Positions 50,144 to 63,300 are shown, counted from the stretch's first letter. The stretch: DNA of 64,000 nucleotides from Octopus bimaculoides (GCF_001194135.2 NC_068987.1:25216240-25280239), one strand, 5' to 3'. Program-made: numbers and translations. The notes: a model not told the origin generated them from the sequence alone.

Positions 50144-50473
50144 GAAAGCGCATGGATCAGCAGTTAGAGCGTCGGGTTCACAATCAAGAGGTAGTGAGTT
50201 CGATTCCCGGACTGGATTGTGTGTTGTGTTCTTGAGCAAGACAGTTTATTTCACTCCGCTCAGCTGTAGAAATGAGTTGCGACGTCACTGATGCCAAGCT
50301 GTATCAGCCTTTGCCTTTTTCTTGGATAACATTAGTGACGTGGAGAGGGGAGGCTGGTATGCATGGGTGACTGCTAGTCTTCCATAAACAACCTTGCCCG
50401 GACTTGTGCCTCGGAGGGGAACTTTCTAAGTGCAATCCCATGGTCAATTGATGACCGAAGGGGTCTTTACCTT
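50144..50473 (+). mobile_element. tRNA-derived SINE, head H2 + tail T3
   Basis: gcgcatggatcagcagttagagcg...gagttcgattccc...gtgttgtgttcttgagcaagacag, then a different body tgcgacgtcactgatgccaagc...gaaggggtctttacc. Confidence 0.8.
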
Positions 50474-50494
50474 AGACTGGTGCTAAAAGCAACG

Positions 50495-50615
50495 TGAAAT
50501 GATGAAATGAAGTGCCTTGCTTAACGACACAATTCGCCACCTTCTACTCCAGGATTCGAACCCACAACTTTATGATTGTAATATCAACGCTATAACCACT
50601 AGGCCACACGCCACC
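50495..50615 (-). mobile_element. H2 SINE head fragment
   Basis: gtgaaatgaagtgccttgcttaacgacac...ggattcgaaccc...taaccactaggccacacgcc. Confidence 0.65.
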
Positions 50616-50684
50616 TTCACTTCACCTTACTACTCCCACTACTTCAGCACTACTACTATTACTACTACTACTTGTGATAATAAT

Positions 50685-50899
50685 TATTTCAAATTTTTGC
50701 AACAAGGGCAGCTTGGGAGAGGTAGGGATGAGCCAATTATATCGATCCCAGTGTTTAACTGGTACTTATTTTATCGACCTCGAAAGGATGAAAGGCAAAG
50801 TCGACCTCGGCGGAATTTGAACTCAGAACGTAGCGACGGACGAAATACCGCTAAGCATTTCGTCCGGCGTGCTAACGATTCTGTCAGCTCGCCGACTTA
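50685..50899 (-). mobile_element. SINE family A
   Basis: Near-consensus atcgacctcgaaaggatgaaaggcaaagtcgacctcggcggaatttgaactcagaacg. Confidence 0.92.
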
Positions 50900-51025
50900 G
50901 TACTGGTGGTAATAGTACAAGAACATTCACTAACATTTATATGATCCCTACCATGGCTTATACCTCAACTACCATTGTTGATACCCTTTGCTAACATCAC
51001 TGCTACCACCACCACCACAACCACC

Positions 51026-51057
<32 letters not shown>

Positions 51058-52904
51058 CAACATAGTTCTCTTTAAAAGATCGATTCTATTTCACTTCAAA
51101 AACCAAAATGAAATTGATCTTTTCTCATTGGTCAATTTCTGGGTGGCAAGTTGGTTGTTTGTTTCTCTTGTTTATGTTGTGTGTTGTATTATCGGTCAGT
51201 GTGTTGTGTTTTTAGTGAGAGTGTGGGCATGTGTATGTTTGTTGTATTATTGATCAGTGTGTGTGTGTGTGCATGTGAGAGAGAGGGTGAGGTGTTGTGT
51301 GTATGGGGGTAGGAGTGGAGTGTTTGTATGTGTGTGTATATTGGTGTATATGTGATTTTCAATTTGTTCAAGGTTTAATTAATTAGGTATGTGTGTCATT
51401 ATGTGTATATATGCTTGTAATTGTGTGTGCGTTTGTTGGTTTGTATGCATGTAAGTAAGTGTGCATATATGTAGGTAGGTAGATAGGTACGTAGGTATGT
51501 ATGCGTGTGATGGTATTTTGCATACTACAAAATAATAACGAACACATAGTTAAGTAGGAGTAACATACTGCAGTGAACAACAAAAAAAAAATGAATAATA
51601 TTGAAGCACCTTAATCGATTAAAATTTCACCCGTAATGAAAATTCTTATCTCGTAAGGCAGGAAACACAACTCTGTAACCCCAGTTAATTAAAAGTAAAT
51701 TTTGCTGAGAAGGGGGACAATTATGGACATGTTTTAGTCATGTTAACCCTTCTCAGAGAAGTATAGTCTTGCTCGTACTTATTGAGGCAATATATATTTT
51801 TTCAGTGGAAAAAAGAAAAGACAAAAGCATTGACTGATTAAATAACTAAAAATAGTAACATGGAAATATTCTCTAGGGATGCCTTCTGAATGAAAAGCAT
51901 TTAATCAAGTGGGGACTATCCACTAAAACTAGCTGATTAAGACGAGAAAAGGAGGTGATGTAAGTAAAGTTAAGTTTCGAAAATCCAACATTCATGACTT
52001 TCTGTGGAACGGTGTTTTTATGTTTCTTTTATAAATAGACGTTACTGAAATGATATAACTTGATATGAAGCCCTGTTTTCACATCATTAAGAACGTTACT
52101 CCTCTATTACCATTACATGCAGTCTGCATTGCTAATAACCCACTTTATCATGCATATAGCTCTTTGCAGCAATTGCTACCAGTTCACTTTACCATTGCTA
52201 GGGCAGCTGTACCGCTATATCCATAAACTTCTACCACCGATGCCAAGGAGCACTCATGCCAACATTGATGGTATACAAGCAATAAAAGACTCGCTATTTG
52301 TTATAGCAGCTAAATCTCTCTCAAATTACATTCCAAATCTTAAAATGAAAGAGTGTTTATATCATGCTGTACTTAGGTATCTGTAAACAAACAACGGGAT
52401 GGTTCTCAATGGAAAGCGTTTGACCCAGCTTCGATAACTGGGACAAAGATCAGCACATGAAATTTTAGATATCCAAACCAGTAGGGTATACATGGCATAC
52501 ACAATTACAGGTATATCGAATACCATATATCATAAATCCTTGATTTATCAAAATCGGCTTCGCCTCTAGAGAACGTATCATAATTTGCTAACGAAAAGAG
52601 GAGATAATCTCAAATTTCAAGAATTTCTCCAAAGTTAACAGGAAAAAGACAGGCTTAATATGCCATGAAGGAAAAAGACAGGCTTAATAAGCGAACAGTC
52701 GTAGATGCATGTTTCTGAGCCAATAGCCGTCATCTGCACGATATTTGTCTCTAGTAATCAGGGGGCTTGAGTAGAGAAAATTTATAATCTAGATAGGTTG
52801 TATGATTTAAGCAAAAATAAACTGTGAAACTGTCTCTCATAAAAATTAGATTTATGTTAAAATCTGATGTTGTTTGCATTATATATTATATCTTTATATA
52901 TCTT

Positions 52905-53258
52905 AGGCATAAATTGCTTCACAAACGCGTAGTTTCGGGTTCAGTCCCACTGCGCGGCTCCTTGGGAGAACGTCTTCTCTAATAGCCCCGAGTCGGCTAA
53001 TATCTTCCGAGTGAATTTAGTAGACGGAAAAGGTGTGGAAGCCTCTGTGTATGTGTGTGTCATTGTTAGTAGTGTCCCTGCTCCTTGCTTGACAACCGGT
53101 GCTAGTTTGTTTACGTCCCGTAAATTAGCGGTTCGGCAAAAGAGACGATATGATAATTACTAGACTTAAAATAAGTACTGAGGTCGATTTGTTCGGCTTA
53201 CTTTACATAGCGGTGCTCCAGCATGGCGGCAGTTCAATGACTAAAATCAGTAAGAGAA
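52905..53258 (+). mobile_element. SINE family C, diverged
   Basis: tttcgggttcagtcccactgcg...agacggaaa...gcggttcggcaaaagagac...gcggtgctccagcatggc. Confidence 0.85.
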
Positions 53259-53609
53259 TGAAGTAGTATGCATTGCATGCCTTGCATCCAAGCAGGAAGC
53301 ACTACGTTTTCATCATCGGATTTCTAAGTTAGGACTGATCTAGGATTAAAGAATAAACAGAGAGAGACACCAACATTATTCTTAATGTTAGCATCGTTGC
53401 TCTTAGAAATTATGCCATTAACAACACCTTTGCTACCACCAATATCATTTATCCTCATCATTGTCTACTTTCACGAGTTAATGTGGATGTTCGACGTGTA
53501 AGAAATTGTAGTCAAATTTCCCTCAGATCTCGGGTTCCGTTCGTAATATCTGTGATCGGGTCTGATCTAGGGAGTTAAACCACGATCAAATACATTTGCC
53601 ACCACTTCT

Positions 53610-53925
53610 AATCTCTGCCATCAATGTGTTAACCACAATGTGTTAACCACAAGCAACACCAGTTGCACTACCAACGCTACCACCGTCACAACTTCCACTG
53701 CTACCACCACCACCACTAACACCGTAAAGAACAATAACAACACTCCTTCACAACAACTACTACCACGACCACCACCGTCACTGCTCCCATGATGAACAAC
53801 AACAACACTGCCGTCGCCATCACCGCCACCACCACCACCACCACCATGAACTATAACAACAAAATCCCCACTGCCATTACCACCATCGCCAATACCATGA
53901 TGAACAACAGTTCCACTACTATCGA
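53610..53925. repeat. Low-complexity (ACC/AAC)n tract
   Basis: Direct reading. Confidence 0.85.
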
Positions 53926-54574
53926 AATGCCACTTTCATAACTCGTCTCTGTCGTCTTTGAAAATAAATACTTTACATAATATAATCTTAGTTACACTGA
54001 ATTTGCAGCCAGATGGGATGGTCACGGCTGGAGCGTCTTCGAAAATGTCCCTACTCGATCAGAGCTGTACTGAAAGTTAAACAAAAACGACAGCTACACA
54101 CAAACTATTCGAGCAATTTCTAAACTTCTCCCAGCCATCCTCCATCGCATTAATTTAATTTATTTAATTAGGGGAAAAGCATCGTTTAACTCTTCAAATA
54201 TCAAATAATCTGCTAATTGATCGTTGCTAGATATCTGCTCATAACCGTATCCTTACATAGATGCATGTGCACTGGAAGTATATATCCACACACATATATA
54301 CACGCTGGTGTATATCCGACATTTAACATCCTCTAATGGTTATCAATTTTACGTGTTCTTTATCTTTTCAGTTATTTTTGTCGTTCTATATTAATTTGAT
54401 ACGTATGGTGTGTGTGCGTGTGTATATATATATGTGTTGTGTGTGTGTGTGTGTGTGTATGTGTGTGTGTGTGAAAATGTGTATGTGTGATTTTTAGGGT
54501 TGTAAGAACAGTTGTGGTAATGCACGTTTGAGGTATGTATGTATGATGTAGGCAGTTGAGATAATGTACATTTG

Positions 54575-54611
<37 letters not shown>

Positions 54612-54728
54612 ATGTGATGGGTAGGAGTATAAACCTTTGGTCTCTTGTGATGGTGTAAATTTGAGTTGCGTATTTCTCATTCTGTGTGTGCGCGCGTGTG
54701 TGAACTATGCTTCAAATATACACCGCAT

Positions 54729-54774
<46 letters not shown>

Positions 54775-55698
54775 GTTTGAGTTCTTTGAAATATGAATTG
54801 TTAAATTGGCATGAAGCCACGAGTTGAAGGGGAAAAGAAAGGCATATATACAGAGTAGTCGATTAACATCAGTTCTCCAGCATAATTAGTATTTATTTCA
54901 TCGACCTTAGTGGAATAAAAACCAAAGTCGAATACAGCCATATTTGAACTCTTAATACAAAATGGAAAACATGAAATACTGTGATTCAACTAATGTGTTG
55001 TGCTCTATTGCTTCTAAAATTCCAATTACACCCCATCAATCTCTTTTGGTTTCTTGTTTTAAGTATCATACTAGCAGTTGGGCTAAACTGTTTCCCATAG
55101 GTGTGGCCTTCTGATTCGTCTCTTTGTGATCGATAGTTTCGTTGATGTTCGATTATTCCTTACACAAGAAATATTTTAGATACAATGTTTCAATAATTAT
55201 TTTTTAAAAAAAGAGCGAAAATAATTTTTTTTAAATCGAAATCTTTGTGTGAGTGTGATGAATGACAAAGAATAAGAGTTACATAAGCATTTTGAGTGAA
55301 ATCATTCAAAAGGCTCTGAAGAAGTTGTTAGGTATCACACTGGCATTCTACTCTGGATTCAAAGTTCCCTATAGTAGAAACAGCTGTAAGCCGTAGTTAC
55401 GAACGAAATTCTTACACAAGTACGTCTACAAAGGTGTACTGCAGATTACATGAGCAAAGGATAAAAGATTGAAATAGAAATTTTCTATAAATTTCTGATG
55501 AATGGTAGTAGACACGATAGATGTATGTTATTAAGACAGGTGATTCACTGATTCACCGTGGCAGCGGGACTTTGTGGCACTGCTGTGTTTCCACCTCGTT
55601 GTTTGCCTCATCAGTCACAGCTACTCCACGGCCGGAACGATAAATTGCACAAGAACATGAGCTCGTACTTTTGGGAATCAGCAAGCAAACTATTTGCT

Positions 55699-55787
55699 GG
55701 TGCATGCAGCTACCTGCCAGACATATCCCAATTCATAGGTGCATGCAGCTATCTGCAAGATTTATACGAATTCATAGGTGCATGCAG
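55699..55787. repeat. 39-bp tandem repeat, about 2.3 units
   Basis: Units at 55699-55737 and 55738-55776 (33/39 identical) plus a partial unit at 55777-55787; each begins ggtgcatgcag. Confidence 0.92.
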
Positions 55788-57168
55788 AATAGCGACAATA
55801 TAATAACCTATCTATTCATTATTTATACTTTCTGGCAGACTCCAACGTGATTATTTAGTCACTGTTGATTTTCACCAGTCGAACCACGTATGTTACAACC
55901 ACACATCACCTAAAGGAGGAGGCGTTCTCCGGGGGTGAAAAATAACAGCTTCCATATATTCACGATCAAATCTGCATAAAAGCATTAAGAATGAAGAGTT
56001 ACATTATTATTTAGATTCTCACTGTATTTCGCGTACGAGGAGTCAATCTATTGTGCAGATTAAGAATAGATAAATACATTATATTTGCTTTTGTTATTGC
56101 TGAATTTTCGTCATCTATGTTATATATGGTAAGAAAACTTTTTGATTTATCCCCAAACTTCAAGCTCCAATCTGTTCTATTGCATCCTATAGGTTCGCGC
56201 AAGTTCGTGCCACTCACTCCAATTGCTGGTGCAGCTCTCATTTCTTCCACATCACGTCCTTGATGTTTCACCGGGTCAAAGAGGAGAGGATCGAGTGGAT
56301 AACTATGAATGCTCACGATTATATAGGCACCTAAAACATTCTCCCCTTTTTAGAACGAGACGGATATATCATCCAATGTATCTTCTCTTGGTAGAGTAAG
56401 AATGTTTTTTTCTCTTTGAACTCCACATCTCTCCGTGAACAAACAGACGTATGATGATAGACATTCAATCTAATCCTTTTCCAAGAATTAGTGCACCCCA
56501 GACTACATTGTTTTCTTAATAAAGCAGCGTAATCTGTCACCTGGTGAAGCATTACTCACCTAGTTCTTGAGTAATTTTAGTAGAAGTCCACTCCATTGCA
56601 AGCATTCGAACCAGAAAATAACTTCCTTCCTTCCTTCATAGGAGACTTGAAAAAAAAAAAGTCATAGTTACTGTCCCGCTTTCTTTGACTAAGCCATTAA
56701 GAAAATCTTTCCACATGTCCATTTTGTAAACAAATGATGGAGATTTGGCTGTTATTTTTGGCAGATGAAACCACTACGAAGAGTTTTCCTCATTGGCTCG
56801 TGCATAATATATTTGTTTGTTTTCCATCACCATTCTCAAGTTACTTGTTCAAAGCCATTGTTTCTATTTGATACTTCTTTATTTCGAGACTTTCCTGATT
56901 TATGATAATTACTTCCGTCATAAAAAAATATGATACTAATAGGTTAAGCAGAAAATTCTATTGTGTTTCGTTGGCAGAATTTTGATTTGTTTGTCTATGC
57001 AGAAACTGATAAAAGCCGTAAAAGTATTTTTTACAAAAACGAAACAGGATGAAAGGTGGATCAAAAGAAATGTGTGTGGTATTTCAGTATTTACAGTCGT
57101 ATTTCTACGATTGAGTTGTATTTCAACGATTCTGAGTTCGAATCAGGCCGTATCTCAGGAGAGAAAAA

Positions 57169-57216
<48 letters not shown>

Positions 57217-59264
57217 CTTTATTGGACACAAGGAGCTATACTTATACCATGCATATGGGTGCGTGTATGAATATATTGTATAGAAATATATTGCAACTAT
57301 GATTCTTTGTTCTTCCCTTTATGTAATAAATCTTTACGTTACTAGGAGTTCTACTGGCTTAGCAGGTGAGCCTTATGCGTTACACCAAACGCCTTGTGGG
57401 TTTTGGTAGGTCATCACCTAATCATGTTTTATTGTGGGTCACTTAGACATATCCGTTTAGTTGTGCAAAAGTGACTACAGTCTAATGTCTTTGGCCGTGA
57501 GCCTTGTTTCGCCGCTCGTCTTATGAGCAGGGTTACATTGTGCTAGCTCCGTCTGCCTTCTCACATCATGAGAGAGATCAATCCAGCGTGTTAACATGAG
57601 GAACAGAACTGAGTTATATGCATGCAGAACAGACTAATCTCAACACTTGGGAGATATTTGAAAGAACTTGAGTAGTACGCTTCGGAAGTAAATGGTTTCG
57701 GGTTCAGTTCCATTGTACGGCATTATTGGGTGAGTGATTTCTACATATAATCTCATATGCATTGTGAATGAAATATGGTCAGCGGAAACTGTATGGAAGT
57801 CGGTCTGAGGAACTGTTCATTCTCTTAGGTGGTAGATTTATTTTACCACTCGGTTTAACACTACCAGGTGTCAGTTCGGTGTCCTTACATTAACCTTTTG
57901 AGCTAGGTTCTCTCTCTGAAAATAACTTTTTTTCGTGCCTCCCACCAGTCACTGCGACCCTGAAAATTACTTTCCCAATTCTAATCCATTAAACACAATT
58001 CTTTACCAGGAATCCACTCTCTTCATTACTGCCCAGTTATTACATTTAATACACAGTGGTTTAATGCATAGTCTACGCTGTTGTTGTCGTCGTCATAGCG
58101 ATCGTATTGGTTTGGGCGTGGTCGCCATCATTCTCCTTTTCCTGCTTTTCGTCATCCTCATCAACAACATCCTCGCTAATATCAACACAGGAAGCATATA
58201 TTGCACTCATTAACTCATTCATACGCATTCACTCATTCACAGCCACTCATTCTGTCACACATTTACTCATTTTCTCTTCCTTTTTGACTTTCATTTTCTC
58301 ACATATTATTCCTGGCGATCTCTTTTTCACTCATAAACTGATACGCACACACTCACCCTCTCCAGCATTTCACAGCTACAGCCGTTTTCCTCTCTCGGCT
58401 AGCATTGAGTAAGATGAGACAGTAATTTCAGTTAAAACTCAAACTGGATCCAGATAATACATCCCTACCACTAAGCTTTATATAATAAAGCAGGCGTTGA
58501 TAATAACATGTAACACGCGTGAATATGATCGATCATAGCCCCTATTTGTGCAAAAATAAGGCTTTCTACCTGCTCAAAGGAAATCAATATGGCATCTGTG
58601 CGTGTCCCTTTGAAGATAACATTGGATTTCCACAACAATGTTTTGTTATGTATGTATGTATGCATGTATGTATATATTTGTGTGTGTATGTATCTGTGTA
58701 TATGCATGTATGTATATATTTGTGTGTGTATGTATCTGTGTATATGTATGTATGTATGTATTTGTGTGTGCATGTATTTATGGGTAGTCGCTTATTATAA
58801 TCACGGATAATGTTGATATCAATGAGTTGTTGCTATCAAAAGTAATAGCTCTTAACCTCTATATCCACTCGATAATGTTATTCAGTTGGTTATTGTTATA
58901 GAAGAAACTTTGTTCCAAATGGATCACAAAAGGCTGTTCTCGCTCTGTATGTGTGTGTGTGAGCGTGCGTGAATGTGTGAGAGCGTTGTTAACGTGTGTG
59001 AACGTGTGTGTGTATTGATTGGTGTCACTACTGAGTTTCTTTTCTTTTAATTTTATGTAAAAGTCTGTCGTAGTAAAACAAGCTGTGGCCTCGGTGATTT
59101 GACTGACGATTGTAATGCGCGCGCGCGCGCGCGTGTGTGTGTGTGTAAGAGAGTTCAGTAAAGAGAAGTGGTAATGAGCATGTATAAGTTTTGTTTTGTG
59201 TGAAGTCAACCGTACAGAAAAACGGCTGTAGCTGTGCAGATGTATGTCACCAGCCTTACATAGG

Positions 59265-59317
<53 letters not shown>

Positions 59318-60271
59318 NNNNNNNNNNNNNNNNNNNNNNNNNNNNNNNNNNNNNNNNNNNNNNNNNNNNNNNNNNNNNNNNNNNNNNNNNNNNNNNNNNN
59401 NNNNNNNNNNNNNNNNNNNNNNNNNNNNNNNNNNNNNNNNNNNNNNNNNNNNNNNNNNNNNNNNNNNNNNNNNNNNNNNNNNNNNNNNNNNNNNNNNNNN
59501 NNNNNNNNNNNNNNNNNNNNNNNNNNNNNNNNNNNNNNNNNNNNNNNNNNNNNNNNNNNNNNNNNNNNNNNNNNNNNNNNNNNNNNNNNNNNNNNNNNNN
59601 NNNNNNNNNNNNNNNNNNNNNNNNNNNNNNNNNNNNNNNNNNNNNNNNNNNNNNNNNNNNNNNNNNNNNNNNNNNNNNNNNNNNNNNNNNNNNNNNNNNN
59701 NNNNNNNNNNNNNNNNNNNNNNNNNNNNNNNNNNNNNNNNNNNNNNNNNNNNNNNNNNNNNNNNNNNNNNNNNNNNNNNNNNNNNNNNNNNNNNNNNNNN
59801 NNNNNNNNNNNNNNNNNNNNNNNNNNNNNNNNNNNNNNNNNNNNNNNNNNNNNNNNNNNNNNNNNNNNNNNNNNNNNNNNNNNNNNNNNNNNNNNNNNNN
59901 NNNNNNNNNNNNNNNNNNNNNNNNNNNNNNNNNNNNNNNNNNNNNNNNNNNNNNNNNNNNNNNNNNNNNNNNNNNNNNNNNNNNNNNNNNNNNNNNNNNN
60001 NNNNNNNNNNNNNNNNNNNNNNNNNNNNNNNNNNNNNNNNNNNNNNNNNNNNNNNNNNNNNNNNNNNNNNNNNNNNNNNNNNNNNNNNNNNNNNNNNNNN
60101 NNNNNNNNNNNNNNNNNNNNNNNNNNNNNNNNNNNNNNNNNNNNNNNNNNNNNNNNNNNNNNNNNNNNNNNNNNNNNNNNNNNNNNNNNNNNNNNNNNNN
60201 NNNNNNNNNNNNNNNNNNNNNNNNNNNNNNNNNNNNNNNNNNNNNNNNNNNNNNNNNNNNNNNNNNNNNNN
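59318..60271. other. Assembly gap
   Basis: N run. Confidence 1.
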
Positions 60272-60330
60272 CTACACTCAGAGCACACAAGGCTCAGGTG
60301 GTTTTGTTAAAGTGGTTGGTGAATTAAGTC

Positions 60331-60686
60331 TACTGGTTCTTATCATATCGACTCCGAAAGAATGAAAGGCAAAGTCAACCTCAGTGGAATTTGAGCTGAG
60401 AACATAAAAATGGGCGAAATGCCGTAAAGCATTTTGCCCAGTGTGCTAACGATTCTGCTAATAATAATAATCCTTTCTACTAGAGGCACAAGACCCGAAT
60501 TTATTTTGGTGAAGACTAGTCAATTACATCGACCCCAGTGTTTCACTAGTACTTAATTTATCGACCCCAAAAGGATGAAAGACAAAGTCGACCTCGGCGG
60601 AATTTGAACTCAAATCGTTAAAATGGATGAAATGCCGTTAAGCATTTTGCTCTGCGTGCTTACGTTTCTGCCAGTTCGCCACCTTA
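60331..60686 (-). mobile_element. Two tandem SINE family A copies (60331-60459; 60460-60686)
   Basis: The (TAA)n tail of the right-hand copy abuts the head (gattctgc) of the left-hand copy. Confidence 0.88.
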
Positions 60687-60926
60687 ATAATAATAATAAT
60701 GATAACCTCCACTCCCGCCACAACCTGTAGCTATAGCAACATTGTTGATGATGGTCAAGGGAAGATAAAACTGAAGTTAAATGAAACTTGCTTGGAGACT
60801 TGTGTCTGTTTCCTTGCTGTAGAAAATGGCGGCCACAGAAATGTATGAACATGAAAGGGAGATGACAAAACTACTCCTATTTTTAATGATCCGCGTCAAG
60901 TTGTGAAAAATATGTGTTTGCGTGTG

Positions 60927-60968
<42 letters not shown>

Positions 60969-61789
60969 TGGAGATGTGTGTATTTTGTACATTATTCAGC
61001 TAGTTTGTGCGTTGAATGTTACGTATTTTGTAGAGAATATCAATATGGTGTTACATGTATATATGTATTTATGTACAATAGTGTGTGATGATATAAATAG
61101 TTTCCTAATATTAGTTGCGAGCGTAGAAGCATACTCACTACTTAATTTATTGATATCAAATCTAATCACTTATCGAAGTAAAATATTGTTATATATTTAT
61201 CTAATTGAGGAGGGGGAGGAGCTAGTTTTTAGTTTTTGATTCGACATTTAAATTTTTCACTTTTTCTCTCCTTTCATTTATTTAAGAAATAAATTAGTAA
61301 ATATATATTTTTTTCTCTCTATTTATTTTCATATTTCTTTTTAATCTTTGAAGAAAATTAACGCTGTAGTTTATTTTTTCATTATAGTTATGTTTGCTAC
61401 ATACGTGTCCGTTTTTCCCTGTGTATGTTGTGCGTTTTGTTTTATGCATTGATGCGCGTGTATGTATATCTTTGTGTGCGCGTGTTTGCATGTATGAGAG
61501 TGTATGTTCATCTGCATATTTATATTTGTGTTGTTATTGTTTGTAACATTGTCTGTACATGTGTATATCTGCGTTTACTTCACTGTCTCTATGAGCGTGT
61601 GTGTATGTCTACGCGCGTGTGAACGAGTGTTTAGACCATCTTTCAACTACTTTGGAACATAAAACAAATTAATATATACATGAAAATAGCTAATTTTATT
61701 TTTTGCCTTTTTTAACTCCTAAATCTATAAATATATCTTAAGATTCATATGCTCCTCTAATGCCTGTATTACATGTATATGATGTAAAG

Positions 61790-61852
<63 letters not shown>

Positions 61853-62217
61853 CACACATGGATAATCTATAGTTTCAGGCCCACACAGGTTGCACACAGA
61901 CACATCTACACAATACATGCACAAAGGACTTCACGTAAGCCGTTAAGTTGGATCGATTAAGTTCTCGTTGTTAAATTAAACATCTGCTAACAGTGAAGAG
62001 ATAGGAAATGCTGGACATGCATCTCCTTAATGTTCGTAGTCTTCGTCGTTTATTAAAAGCGGCCATATTTAATTATCAACGACCCAACTAAAAAGAAAAA
62101 TGCTTGCTGTAACCTAGCAACAAAACTGTAGTAGACTACGCGGAAATTGAACGTTGCTTGTTGCTTACTTACTTGTCCGAACATGTACCAATATGGAAGT
62201 GTTTATCTGACGTTTTG

Positions 62218-62221
62218 CCTC

Positions 62222-62313
<92 letters not shown>

Positions 62314-62325
62314 CCTCTCTCTATC
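62218..62325. repeat. (CT)n microsatellite
   Basis: Direct reading. Confidence 0.97.
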
Positions 62326-62626
62326 CTTGATTTTCTTTCTTCCTCCGCCCCTCTATATCTCATCTTTTGCCATCAAGACCAGAATAGCGTCGTGATGAGG
62401 TATAAAACCTCGATGTGAGGCAAGGATTTTTTTTGTTTTTCTATAAAATTTGATTTACGTTTAGTTTTTCAATTATGCTTGTTTTCTGAATGGCTGAGGT
62501 TAATCAGGAATTAAAGGATTATTCTCGTCGGGACTAATAGCCTTACTAGAATATGCCTTATTGTTATAGCTGCTGTAAATTATATGTATGCGAGAGAGAA
62601 AGTATGCGTACGTAAGTAAGTAAGTA

Positions 62627-62667
<41 letters not shown>

Positions 62668-63009
62668 CGTATTTCCAAATCAGATTGTTCACATTGTACT
62701 GATCAAACACTAATCTTGGTGTTTCTTTCATATTTCACGTACATATACGATCGTCTTCATTCAGAGCTATATGGATAAACGAAAATTAATCAGCAATTTG
62801 AAAAGACTTAAATGGGAGATATTCAAATTGTTCGACCACAGAAACTATTTAGTGGTTGTTTAGCTTGTTGAGTATTCCGTTGACATTTGTCCCGTTAACA
62901 TAATCCTCGTACAGATTCAGCGATTTAATGTGTGACAAGTTTAGTGTTCTGAATTATAGCTACAACTCGTAGCATAAATCCATTTTGGTGCTGCTTTAGT
63001 GTGTGGTCA

Positions 63010-63153
63010 GTTACACTTTAGCGTGAAGTCGTCTAACCCTGACGCAAACCTAACCCCTAAACATTAACCCCTAACCCTAATCCTAACATAGATTAGGTCA
63101 TTTCACAGCATAGATTGCAGATACTGCGGTAGACCGCACGCTAAAATAGTACC
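63010..63153. mobile_element. PIF/Harbinger-like MITE, 144 bp, with internal telomere-like CCCTAA repeats
   Basis: TIRs gttacactttagcgtg / (rc) ggtactattttagcgtg; 3-bp TSD tca at 63007-63009 and 63154-63156; aacctaacccctaaacattaacccctaaccctaatcctaac inside. Confidence 0.65.
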
Positions 63154-63300
63154 TCAGTTTTGGTAATACTGCAGACACTTGGCTAATATGTGATGGCAAT
63201 GAGGTTGATCTGCAAACCACGTCGTTGCGAAGCGGACTTCGTAACATGCCCAGGGCTAAACAAAAAGAACTGCCTTAACAATCTCAATGATTTATTATTT

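Noticed and set aside
52117-52386. ORF initially resembling a CR1 C-terminus
   Set aside because: Its 3' half is a family D repeat (tagcagctaaatctctctcaaattac), so the similarity is coincidental.
55587-55614. Minus-strand CTGATGA...GAAAC hammerhead
   Set aside because: The intervening sequence does not form stem II.
4-62418. Long ORFs in the supplied track ([24 protein letters not shown], poly-X)
   Set aside because: Translations of microsatellites and N gaps; no protein signal.
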